Under the pieces are notes generated by a model, which saw nothing but the letters and a program-made list of their open reading frames with translations, searched no databases and was not told where the DNA came from. From positions 1 through 64,000 of IMG/VR virus record IMGVR_UViG_3300044653_000098: a stretch of DNA of 64,000 bases; one strand, 5' to 3'. The stretch comes from a virus. How positions within the stretch are numbered: the first letter of the stretch is position 1; each line of letters starts with the position of its first letter. Below, piece by piece: positions 25,163 to 34,715 of the stretch. Position numbers and translations under genes: made by a program.

Positions 25163-28100
25163 GTGGCTGACGACTACGATGTCATCTACCGCGCGCTCGC
25201 TGACTTCTCCCAGCTGACCACCGCGGCCGCCAAGGCCCGCGAAGACCTCAAGAGCATGCAGGAGGCTGCTCGCGAGGAGTCCGCTGAGGAGACCCGCGGG
25301 GCAGCCGAGTCCGCTGCTGCTCACGACCGGGACACCGCGGCGATCAAGCGCCAGCGGGACGCGCTGGTCGAGCTGGCCGCCACGTCCAAGGCCGCGAACA
25401 AAGAGACCACGTTCGGCGGCCGGGACTCGATGCAGGCGCACCTGTCCGACCTGGACGCGGAGCGCCAGAAGGAAGACCTGCTCAACCGCACCCGCTGGGG
25501 CGGGATGTCCAACCCGCAGAGCTGGGAGGCGTGGCAGCAGCAGGTCTGGCAGCACCAGATCATCCGGAACAAGGAAGCCCGGCAGGGCTACGCCACCCCG
25601 GACCAGTACCTGAGCTACCTGGACCAGGAGCGCTCGCGGATCCAGGCCCAGACCGACGCCATGAAGAGCCGGTCGGGTGCCATCGCGTCCGAGGCCCAGG
25701 CCCTGCAGGCCCACAACGACGCGCTGAGGGGCGCGCACGAGTCCGCGGGCACCCTCGGTACCACCGGGACGCAGAACATCCAGGGCTGGACCTCAGCGCT
25801 CGCCGGGGTGCCCACCGATCTCACCACCCGGGTACGGTTCTCCGACGAGGGGGCCCAGGCCGAGACCGCCCGGTACCGCCAGGAGCTGGCGGCCGTGCCG
25901 GGCCAGATCGTCACCCGGCTGCAGCTGGACACCCGCCAGTACCTCAGCGAGCTGGCGAAGATCAAGTCCGCTGCCGGGCCCGCCGGGTTCGTGCCGGGCG
26001 CGGCCGGGCCGATCCAGGCCGGGATCACCGGGTACCAGGCGCCGCGGAACGTCTTCACCCCGCTGGAGCAGTACGAGCTGCGCAAGGCGGTCTCGACCTA
26101 CCAGCCGGCGGGCACCTACTTCCCCGGCCACACCCCGCCCCCGCCGCCCGGCTTCCCGGCAGAGGTGCCCTACCAGCCGGTGTCCGGGCCGCAGGACGTC
26201 TTCACCGGCCATCCGGACCTGTCCTCCCGCTTCCCGGACACGGCGCGGCCGCTCGGGCCGGGAGCTGTCAGCTTCCCTCGTGAGGCCGTTACCCGCTACA
26301 GCACCTCCTGGGCAGGATCGGGACGCCCGGTCACGCTGCCGGGGTACGGGACGCCGGGCGGCGCCCCGATCCTGAGCACCCAGCCCCTCTCCAGCTTCGG
26401 GCCTGACGTCGGCATCCGCGGCAAGCAGACCGCGCTGGAAGACGTCGCCTCGATCAAGAGCGCGCTCAAGGATCTGTCCCAGCAGATCGCCAACCCCAAG
26501 GTGGAAGTCGACGCCGGGCGCACGGTTGACCAGCTGGCCACCGTCAACATGGCGATGCGCCGGCTGCAGCAGGACTACAAGGGCACCGGCCTGCAGCCGG
26601 CCGGCTACTCCGACCTGCAGCGGCAGTTCAAGGACGTCCAGTCCCAGGCTGAGCGCGCGTTCGACTCGATCTCCGCCAAGGGCAGCAGCTCGGCTAACTC
26701 TGTCGGCGCCCGGTGGTCCGCGCTCAAGGGCGCCGTCGGTGATGCGTTCCGGTCCATGGAGGCCGGGGCCGACGACGCTGCCCAGCATGCCGGCGGCGCG
26801 TTCGCCACCCTCGGGGACCGGCTGCAGGGCGCGCTGCGCGGGCTGTCCGGCGGCGGCGGGGTCGGCAACGTCTTCAAGTCCCTGGCGCTGGCGGCAGCGG
26901 CGGCCGGGTCCTCGATCGTGGGCTCCATTGCTCCGATGATCGCCACCTTCACCGTGGTGATCCAGCTGCTCCCGGCGCTGGTCGCCGGATTCGGCGCGCT
27001 GGCTACCGTGTTCGCTGCGATGCCGGAGACCATCGCGGCCATCGCCACCGCCATGGCCACGCTCAAGGAAGCGATCGACCCGGTCGTGGCCGCGCTCCAG
27101 GCGTACTCCGCGGTGCTGGAGGCGTCCGAGTCCGCGGCCGCCAACCCGCTGCAGACGGCCATGCAAATGGCTCAGATGCAGAACCAGCTGGCCAACGCCT
27201 ACTACGAGGTCGGGCAGGCCGCGTACGAGGCGATGGAGACTCAGCTCCAGGACGCGCACGCCGTCGCCGACGCCCAGTACAGCCTGAGCCAGGCGGTCGT
27301 CCAGTCCGCGAACGCTCAGGTCGTAGCCGCGCATGCGGTCTATGATGCGCAGTTCCAGGTCAGCCAGGCCAACTTCGAGCAGTCCATCCAGCAGGTCGAG
27401 TCGGCCATGAGCGTGGCCGACGCCCAGCACTCCCTGGCTGACGCGGTCTTCGCCACCCAGCAGGCCCAGTACCAGCTAGACATCGCGTGGCAGACGGCGA
27501 GTGAGGATCTGGCCAACCTGATGATCCAGGTTGACTACGCCTCGGTCAACCTGCGCGGCGCCCAGCTCGCCCTGGAGCAGGCGCAGCAGAACTATGCCAC
27601 GACCATGGCCAACTCCAACGCCACGGCGCTGGACCGGGCCCAGGCTGCCTACCAGATCCAGCAGGCCGAGGAAGCGCTGGCCGAGCAGGAGCAGCAGAAC
27701 AAGGACACCGAGACCCAGCTGGCCGACGTCCGCAAGTACGGCGCCGGCCAGGTCTTCGGGGTCACCCAGGCCCAGCACGCGCTCACCGACGCCGAGTTCC
27801 AGCAGCAGCAGGCTGCCAAGGAACTGGTCGTCACCGAGCGTGAGGCGGCTAACGCGCAGATCGAGGCGGCCCACGAGGTCATCGATGCGGTCTTCGAGCT
27901 GCAGCAGGCGTACTTCAACCAGAAGGAAACCGCGATCACGGGGGCCCACCAGGTCTCCGACGCTCAGTTCGAGCTGAGCCAGGCCCAGATCCAGCAGGGA
28001 GAGGGCTTCGTCACCTCCGCCCACGACCAGGGTCAGGCCGCCTTCGAGCTGCAGCAGGCCATCGACCAGATGGCTCTGGGCCTGCCGTCCATCGCGAGCG

Positions 28101-31100
28101 CTGAGGAGCAGCTCGCGACCGACATGTACAAGCTCGGCCCGGCCGCCAAGACCGCGGTGCTCGACCTGGAGCCGCTGGCCAAGTGGTTCGTCACCAACAA
28201 GTCGATCGGCCAGGCGTTCTTCAGCCAGATGCTGCCGTCGCTGTCCCACATCGGCTCTATCCTGCGGCCGCTCCAGAGCTACCTCGTGTCCATGGCCCTC
28301 GTGCTGGGCTCCGCGGCAAACAGCGCGCTGACCTGGTTCGAGAAGCTGACCAACAGCCCGGCCTGGAAGATCCTGACCTCCGGTGCGATCAGCGTCATCC
28401 ATTCCCTGGCTGACGCCATCGGGCACGTGGCCGATGGGTTTACCCAGCTGGCCATTGTGGCTACGCCGTTCACCGAGTGGCTGATGCGCGGGATCGACCA
28501 TCTCGCTGACCGCTTTGATAAGTGGGCCACCAACGCAGACAAGGCCGGATCGAATTTCCGGCGCTGGCTGAGAGATGTAAAGCCAGCCCTGGACGACATC
28601 GGCGGGGTGGTCAAGGCCATCGTGGGCGGGTTCGCCATCATGGCGGGCGGCCCCATGGGCAGCTCGGGTTCTCTTACGGCTCTGCACGAGTTCGAGAACC
28701 TGATGAAGGAACTCAGTACCACCATCCTGCCCGCGTTCTTCACGATGATCCACGCGCTGTCCAGCCCGCAGATGGTGGCCGCCATCACGCAGCTGTTCGG
28801 TGCCATGACCAAGCTGCTGCTGATCATCGTCAACACCCCAGGGTTCCAGCTCGGGTTCCAGCTGGCCATCCGCGGCTTCACCCTGCTGCTCGACGCCATC
28901 TCCAAGATCATGGAGGTCAAGGGCGTCGGGGACGTGCTCGGCGTCATAGCAGGCGGGATCATCGCGCTCGGGGCCGCGTTCTCGGTGCTGAAGTACACCG
29001 GCATCCTGGCCCTGATTAACAACCTCAAGCGGGTAAAGAGCGCAGCCCAGACCGCTTACGAGTGGCTCAAGAAAGTCACCGGGTTCGGCGGGGGAGCTGG
29101 CGAGAGCGGTGGCGGGGAGTCCACCCCCAGCCCCACCACCGGCACCGCGGGCCAGGCTTTCTGGGACAAGATCGTTGACGCGGCGCAGACGTTCAAGCGG
29201 ATCATCACGGGCGGCGCTGCCGAGGCCAGCGACGACCTGGAGGCGGGCGGCGCCAAGGCCGGCGACAGCATCGAGTCCGGAGCCGCCACGGCTAAGGCCG
29301 ACGAGGAGGTCGGCGGCGCGACGGGCAGCGGTGAAGGCGCTGCGGCCGGCGGCCTGGCGGGGATCCTCGGCAAGCTCGGGCTGTCCAGCGGGATCATCAA
29401 CCCGCTCGGCGCCGGGCTCATCGCCGGGGCGCTCGTCCGGGCGCTGGGGGACCGTCTCGCTCCCGAGGGCAGCACCGCGGGCAAGTACAGCTCGGCCATC
29501 CAGAGCAGCGGCTTCGGCGGCCCGGGTGCGACGGGCCCGGCTGGCTTCATCGGCTGGGCAGCGGCCAACAAAGAGTTCAGCACCTACAGCAATGATGTCT
29601 ACAACTGGTTCACCCAGACGCTGCCGAATGCGGACAAGATCGCGGGCAATGCGATTGCCGCAGGCTGGAACTGGGTCAACACCCAGTGGGTCAACCTCAT
29701 CCAGAACCCGGTTGATAATTTCTTCGACAACACGGTTCCCAATTTCTTCACCAACAGCGTCCCGCAGGCAGCGGGCCAGGGCTTCAATGCGGTCGGCAAG
29801 TTCTTCTGGGTAGACGTCATCAGCCCGATGCTGACGTTCTTCCAGAGCACGGTGCCCGGGTGGATCAACGGGCTGCTCCACCCGTGGGAGCAGCTGTGGG
29901 ACGCCAACTGGGGTGAGTTCGCCAGCAAGATTGTCGACAACGTTGGCAACTTCTTCACCCATACGATGCCGGACTGGCTCGTATCCACCGGCAAGAACTT
30001 CATCACCTACGTAGCTGACCCGATCGGCCACTGGTTCTCCACCACGCTGCCGAGCGGCATCGAGGGCGCCTTCAAGAACTCGATCAACTGGGTCATCTCC
30101 AATGTGATCAACAAGGCGATCGGGTTCATCAATGATGTAACCGGTGTCGTCGGCATCCCCAAGATCAAGCCGGTGCAGCGGCTGGCCGCGGGCGGCCATG
30201 TCGGCTCGGTCTCCGGCACCGGGGACGAGGACAGCGAGCATGCGATCCTCACGCCTGGTGAGTACGTCATCTCCAAGCCCGCGCGCATGGCCATCGACTC
30301 GCAGATGGGTCCTGGATTCCTCTACGGCCTGAACTCGATGAAGGGCTATGCCGAGGGTGGCTCAGTCGGCAACCCGGTGTCCAACATGCTCGGCATCGCG
30401 GGCAACTTCCTGTCCGGGCTGGGCAGTGTCGGCGGGGTCATCGAGAACCTGATCGGCGGCGGCCTGCGCAAGGTCGAGGGCCTGTTCGGCAAGGGCGCCG
30501 AGGCGGTCTTCAACGGGGTGTGGGACCACGCCATCGAGCCGCTGGTTGATAAGTTCCTGAGCGGTGACTCGGCGGTGGACCGGCTGGGCGAAGCCGCCAT
30601 GGCCAACATCAAGAAGGGTATCGACGCCTACCTGTCCAAGCTCGGCACCACCGGGCCGACGACGGGGATCTCCAAGCCGGTCACCGCGTTCACGGGCACC
30701 ATCCTGCAAGTCCTCAAGATGCTCAAGCAGCCAGCGGGTGACCTGAACACCGTGCTGGCCCAGATGACCACCGAGTCCGGCGGTAACGAGGACGCGGTCA
30801 ACCGCAGCGACATCAACTGGATCGAGGGTCACCCGTCGGTCGGTCTGATGCAGGTGATCGGGCCGACGTTCGACACCTACGCTGGCCCGTACCGGGACGT
30901 CGGGCCCTTCCTGTACGGTGTCTCTACCAACCCGCTGGCGAACATCTACGCGGGCCTGAACTACGCCACCCACCGGTACGGCGAGGACTGGACGTCCGTC
31001 CTGGGCCACGGCCACGGCTACTACACGGGCGGCGACGTCATCAGCGCCGTCAAGCAGGCCACGGCGAACCAGAAGTACCGCGAGGCGATGCTGCTGGGCG

Positions 31101-32464
31101 CGCAGCTCTCCTCGGGGATGAACCCGGAGTTCGCTCTCGGCGGCAAGCGTTACGGCGCCTGGTCCCAGCTCCTGGACAAGGACGTCACCGAGCGCCGCGC
31201 CAAGGACCCCTACTACATGGCCCGGCACCTGCTGCCAGCCTTCGAGCGCGGGGTCTCGCACTACGGCTGGGGCCGGGTGCCGCAGGACGCTGCATCCGCA
31301 GCAGCGATGGCGGAGAAGGTCGGCAGCTTCTACTCCAAGGACGGCGCGGGCGCGGTCAACCTGGCGTGGGGCGATGTGCTGCACGACCTGGGCATCAAGA
31401 CCCAGACGAGCCCGGGGTCGAGCGGCACTGGCACGCAGAAGCCCGGCGGCGAGAGTGGCCTGACGCTGTGGAATCAGTATGTCCCCAAGCTCAAGGCCGC
31501 TGTGCTGGCGGAGCGCAAGGCGTACGACACGCTGTACGGCGCCGGGCCGGGCACGCACTGGGCCGAGAAGTCTGTCGACGGGGTCAAGCGCGGCAGCGCT
31601 GACTGGTCTCGCTGGTATGCGATGGACCTGATCCTGCAGGACGAGAAGGGCAAGGTTCTGTCCGACTCTGCCTCCAGTGACTACTCCAAGATCGCGGCCC
31701 AGCTAGCCAACCCGACCGCTATCAGCGCGGCGTGGTGGACCGACATGCTGACCGGGACCAGCGATCTCGCGCAGTGGGAGTACGGGGACAAGGTTCCCCC
31801 GCGCTCTGCCTGGGCTGCTGAGCGTGCCGGGCACTGGCCGGGCGCCTTCAGCAGGACCCACCCGGCAGGGCGTCTGCCCAGGGGCTTCGTCCCCGGCCAG
31901 ATCCAGCCGTCCATCGCCATGTTCCAGAAGCACCAGCGCACCCCGTGGGAGAGGGAGCACGACGCGCTGCTGGACGTGAGCAAGATCACCGCTGAAACCG
32001 AGAAGGTCTGGAAAGAGCTGTACGGCCCGGGTGGCTCGCTCGTTACACACACGGTTACCGGGCCGCCTACGCCCGGACCCGGCACGCCCCCGCCTTCGGC
32101 CTACGTCCCCGCAGCCAACTACACCTCAGCGATCCTGGCGTACGCCGGCCAGGGAGGCCCGGCCATCCCGCAGTACGCAGCTGGCGGCTCGGTCGGCGGC
32201 CTCGCCTCGATGTTCGGCGGGTTCCAGGCCGGCGGCAGCGTGCCGGACTTCTCCGACTTCACCCCGGCGTTCCAGCAGCCAGGCATGCAGCAGGCCCCGC
32301 GCGCCCTGAGTGAGGCAGCGCAGGCGAGCGGCGCCGGCCAGAGCATCGGGATGCAGGTCAACGGCGGCATCAACGTGCACAACCCGCTGCCCGAGCGCGC
32401 TAGCGACTCGATAGCCCACCAGGTCAACCGCCTGTCGTTCCTGCACGGAAGGGGCGTTGCGTAA
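25163..32464 (+). CDS. tape measure protein with SLT lytic transglycosylase domain
   Basis: 2433 aa, Ala/Gln helical and Trp/Phe periodic repeats; 'TESGGN..AVN..D.N...G.PS.GLMQVI..TF...NI.AG.NY...RYG' at about 30760-31020. Confidence 0.92.
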   Translation: MADDYDVIYRALADFSQLTTAAAKAREDLKSMQEAAREESAEETRGAAESAAAHDRDTAAIKRQRDALVELAATSKAANKETTFGGRDSMQAHLSDLDAERQKEDLLNRTRWGGMSNPQSWEAWQQQVWQHQIIRNKEARQGYATPDQYLSYLDQERSRIQAQTDAMKSRSGAIASEAQALQAHNDALRGAHESAGTLGTTGTQNIQGWTSALAGVPTDLTTRVRFSDEGAQAETARYRQELAAVPGQIVTRLQLDTRQYLSELAKIKSAAGPAGFVPGAAGPIQAGITGYQAPRNVFTPLEQYELRKAVSTYQPAGTYFPGHTPPPPPGFPAEVPYQPVSGPQDVFTGHPDLSSRFPDTARPLGPGAVSFPREAVTRYSTSWAGSGRPVTLPGYGTPGGAPILSTQPLSSFGPDVGIRGKQTALEDVASIKSALKDLSQQIANPKVEVDAGRTVDQLATVNMAMRRLQQDYKGTGLQPAGYSDLQRQFKDVQSQAERAFDSISAKGSSSANSVGARWSALKGAVGDAFRSMEAGADDAAQHAGGAFATLGDRLQGALRGLSGGGGVGNVFKSLALAAAAAGSSIVGSIAPMIATFTVVIQLLPALVAGFGALATVFAAMPETIAAIATAMATLKEAIDPVVAALQAYSAVLEASESAAANPLQTAMQMAQMQNQLANAYYEVGQAAYEAMETQLQDAHAVADAQYSLSQAVVQSANAQVVAAHAVYDAQFQVSQANFEQSIQQVESAMSVADAQHSLADAVFATQQAQYQLDIAWQTASEDLANLMIQVDYASVNLRGAQLALEQAQQNYATTMANSNATALDRAQAAYQIQQAEEALAEQEQQNKDTETQLADVRKYGAGQVFGVTQAQHALTDAEFQQQQAAKELVVTEREAANAQIEAAHEVIDAVFELQQAYFNQKETAITGAHQVSDAQFELSQAQIQQGEGFVTSAHDQGQAAFELQQAIDQMALGLPSIASAEEQLATDMYKLGPAAKTAVLDLEPLAKWFVTNKSIGQAFFSQMLPSLSHIGSILRPLQSYLVSMALVLGSAANSALTWFEKLTNSPAWKILTSGAISVIHSLADAIGHVADGFTQLAIVATPFTEWLMRGIDHLADRFDKWATNADKAGSNFRRWLRDVKPALDDIGGVVKAIVGGFAIMAGGPMGSSGSLTALHEFENLMKELSTTILPAFFTMIHALSSPQMVAAITQLFGAMTKLLLIIVNTPGFQLGFQLAIRGFTLLLDAISKIMEVKGVGDVLGVIAGGIIALGAAFSVLKYTGILALINNLKRVKSAAQTAYEWLKKVTGFGGGAGESGGGESTPSPTTGTAGQAFWDKIVDAAQTFKRIITGGAAEASDDLEAGGAKAGDSIESGAATAKADEEVGGATGSGEGAAAGGLAGILGKLGLSSGIINPLGAGLIAGALVRALGDRLAPEGSTAGKYSSAIQSSGFGGPGATGPAGFIGWAAANKEFSTYSNDVYNWFTQTLPNADKIAGNAIAAGWNWVNTQWVNLIQNPVDNFFDNTVPNFFTNSVPQAAGQGFNAVGKFFWVDVISPMLTFFQSTVPGWINGLLHPWEQLWDANWGEFASKIVDNVGNFFTHTMPDWLVSTGKNFITYVADPIGHWFSTTLPSGIEGAFKNSINWVISNVINKAIGFINDVTGVVGIPKIKPVQRLAAGGHVGSVSGTGDEDSEHAILTPGEYVISKPARMAIDSQMGPGFLYGLNSMKGYAEGGSVGNPVSNMLGIAGNFLSGLGSVGGVIENLIGGGLRKVEGLFGKGAEAVFNGVWDHAIEPLVDKFLSGDSAVDRLGEAAMANIKKGIDAYLSKLGTTGPTTGISKPVTAFTGTILQVLKMLKQPAGDLNTVLAQMTTESGGNEDAVNRSDINWIEGHPSVGLMQVIGPTFDTYAGPYRDVGPFLYGVSTNPLANIYAGLNYATHRYGEDWTSVLGHGHGYYTGGDVISAVKQATANQKYREAMLLGAQLSSGMNPEFALGGKRYGAWSQLLDKDVTERRAKDPYYMARHLLPAFERGVSHYGWGRVPQDAASAAAMAEKVGSFYSKDGAGAVNLAWGDVLHDLGIKTQTSPGSSGTGTQKPGGESGLTLWNQYVPKLKAAVLAERKAYDTLYGAGPGTHWAEKSVDGVKRGSADWSRWYAMDLILQDEKGKVLSDSASSDYSKIAAQLANPTAISAAWWTDMLTGTSDLAQWEYGDKVPPRSAWAAERAGHWPGAFSRTHPAGRLPRGFVPGQIQPSIAMFQKHQRTPWEREHDALLDVSKITAETEKVWKELYGPGGSLVTHTVTGPPTPGPGTPPPSAYVPAANYTSAILAYAGQGGPAIPQYAAGGSVGGLASMFGGFQAGGSVPDFSDFTPAFQQPGMQQAPRALSEAAQASGAGQSIGMQVNGGINVHNPLPERASDSIAHQVNRLSFLHGRGVA

Positions 32465-33354
32465 TGGCGCTCACCGGCAACACCAACTTCCCGGCAGATG
32501 AATACTGGAGCTGGTCTCCGGTCTATGGGCAGTATGCCGGGGACGCTGTCAGCCTCCAGATGCAGCACTGGAACATCGCTGTGTTCGGCGGCAGCCGGTT
32601 CAGTCTGCCGACGCTGCGCGGCCAGGACATCGAGCAGCCCTACCGCTCGGGCCTGCAGTGGCGTCCCAAGTACCCGAACAGCCGCACGGTCACGCTCGGG
32701 ATGTGGACCGCGGGCATCAACCAGACCACCGGGGTGCCGGACACAGCTGACCAGAGACTGACCTTCAACAACAACCTCCAGCAGCTGCGTGCGATGTTCT
32801 TTCAGCGTGGCCCGTCCGGCAGCGCGCAGGGCCAGCTGACCCGGCGGTGGTGGCTGACGCAGGGCGGCCTCAAGCAGATCGTCACCGCTACGGCCATGGC
32901 CGAGGTCGCCGGGACGATGGAGCCGACCAACATGGGCCGCACCAGTGCGAGCTTCAGCGTCGACCTGCTGCTGTCAGATCCGTACTTCTACGGGGCCGAG
33001 CGGGAGATCGCCGTCACCACCAGCGGCGCCTCGATCTTCGGCTACGGCGAGGGTGTGGTCGGTGAGGGCTACCCGAGCGCGGTGAATGCCTTCACGATTC
33101 AGCTCACCACGGGCCCGGTCACGGTCACCAACAGCACCGCCGGGGTCTCGGTCACCTACGGGGCTGCCATCGCCAACTCCCCGGTCACCCTGGACATCCT
33201 CAACAACACAGCCATAGACGATGCGGGCAACAACGTGATCGCCAACGTCACCCACGCCGGAGCGCGGCCGTGGATGACGATCGTGCCTGGCTCGAACGTC
33301 ATCGCCGTGTCCGATGGGACCGCCACCTTCACCTTCTCCGACGCCTACGTATAG
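32464..33354 (+). CDS. distal tail protein (Dit-like)
   Basis: Directly after the tape measure; 'FSVDLLLSDPYFYG', 'PGSNVI'. Confidence 0.75.
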   Translation: MALTGNTNFPADEYWSWSPVYGQYAGDAVSLQMQHWNIAVFGGSRFSLPTLRGQDIEQPYRSGLQWRPKYPNSRTVTLGMWTAGINQTTGVPDTADQRLTFNNNLQQLRAMFFQRGPSGSAQGQLTRRWWLTQGGLKQIVTATAMAEVAGTMEPTNMGRTSASFSVDLLLSDPYFYGAEREIAVTTSGASIFGYGEGVVGEGYPSAVNAFTIQLTTGPVTVTNSTAGVSVTYGAAIANSPVTLDILNNTAIDDAGNNVIANVTHAGARPWMTIVPGSNVIAVSDGTATFTFSDAYV

Positions 33355-33387
33355 AGGTACTCAGATGCCCAAGAACGTGGCCAGCTG

Positions 33388-34299
33388 ATGGCCAGCCGCT
33401 ACTACTCCTCGGTCGCTGTGCCCGGCAATCTCGGGGCCTCGATCTCCAACAGCGCGACCAGCCTCTACATGTCCACCACCCCGTCGGGCTACCCGGGGCA
33501 GTTCCCGTTCACGCTGTGCCTGGACGGCGGCACCTCCGGCATGGAGCTGGTCTCGGTCACGGCCGGGTCCGGCACGGCAGGCACTCCGTGGACCTGCACC
33601 CGCGGCTTTGACGGCACCACCGCCTCGGCTCATACCGGGGGGACCGGCACGGTCTCGCACGACTTCAGCGCCTACGACCTGACCACCAGCCGCAGCCACG
33701 AGGCGAGCGGGTCCGGCTCGGGTGTGCACGGCCTGCCGGCCAGCGCCTGGTCCACCGCGGCGAACGCCGTGATCAACGAGACGGTGCTGAACAACTCGAC
33801 CACCGCGGTGCAGACCTGGAGCGGGATCCCCGGCACCTACAACCACCTGATGGTGATCGTGCTCGGCCGGCTGACGGAGACCTCCGAGCAGACCGACTAC
33901 ATCACCCTGCAGATCAACGGGGACACCGGGGCGAACTACTCCTCCTGCCAGATCGAGACCAACAACGTCGGCGGCACGCTCAACAGCCCGAACTCGGTTG
34001 CCTCTTACGGGCAGACGTCCTTCTCGATCGGAAGGATCACCGCGAGTGGCGGGGGTGGCGCCGCCAACGCCGGGGCCCTGGTCGCTTACATCCCCTGGTA
34101 CACCAGCACCTCCTTCAACAAGGTGGTGCAGTCCCAGAGCGGTGGTGGCAACGGCACCAGCGCGCTTGTGGACTGCCGGATGTTCTGGGGCTTCTACAAC
34201 CCCACGGTCCAGGCTGCCATCACGTCTCTGTCCATCTCCGCGCCGAGCGGGAGCGATTTCAAGACGGGCACCAGCTTCGCCCTGCTGGGGGTGAGCTAG
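33388..34299 (+). CDS. minor tail protein
   Basis: 'ELVSVTA...TRGFDGTTASAH' tail-protein motif. Confidence 0.7.
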   Translation: MASRYYSSVAVPGNLGASISNSATSLYMSTTPSGYPGQFPFTLCLDGGTSGMELVSVTAGSGTAGTPWTCTRGFDGTTASAHTGGTGTVSHDFSAYDLTTSRSHEASGSGSGVHGLPASAWSTAANAVINETVLNNSTTAVQTWSGIPGTYNHLMVIVLGRLTETSEQTDYITLQINGDTGANYSSCQIETNNVGGTLNSPNSVASYGQTSFSIGRITASGGGGAANAGALVAYIPWYTSTSFNKVVQSQSGGGNGTSALVDCRMFWGFYNPTVQAAITSLSISAPSGSDFKTGTSFALLGVS

Positions 34300-34536
34300 G
34301 TGTCGGTCGAGCACATCGTGGACTGCGGTGCGCAGCTCACCAACCACAGTGCGGTAGATGAAGACCTCTCCCCCGGGCGCCGGGCGGAGTTCGCCGTGCC
34401 CCCGGAGCTGACCTTCGGGCACATCAGGGAGCGCGACCGCCGCCAGCGCGAGGCGCTGGACCGGCTGCAGCTGGCGGCGGTCACCGACGAGCATCTCCGC
34501 GACATCCTCATTGTGCTGGGGGTGGAGGACCAGTGA
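34300..34536 (+). CDS. small tail-associated protein
   Basis: Coupled ORF; 'IVDC' start typical of small tail-fibre-associated genes. Confidence 0.5.
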   Translation: MSVEHIVDCGAQLTNHSAVDEDLSPGRRAEFAVPPELTFGHIRERDRRQREALDRLQLAAVTDEHLRDILIVLGVEDQ

Positions 34537-34712
34537 GCGAGCCCACCGTGATCACCGCCGAGACGGAAGAGATCACTTTGTCGGAGGGAGTGGAGATCGT
34601 CCAGCTGGTCCGCCCCGGCCGCCCGTATCCGGCTGCCCCGTTCCCCGGCCCCGGCGGCAGGGTCTCGGCCGCTGTCCCGGACCGCGGGCAGGGCTCGCGC
34701 CCGCGGCGGTAG
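34533..34712 (+). CDS. hypothetical protein (59 aa, not in ORF track)
   Basis: SD GGAGG, GTGA overlap, ends 3 nt before the next ATG. Confidence 0.45.
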   Translation: MSEPTVITAETEEITLSEGVEIVQLVRPGRPYPAAPFPGPGGRVSAAVPDRGQGSRPRR

Positions 34713-34715
34713 CTC

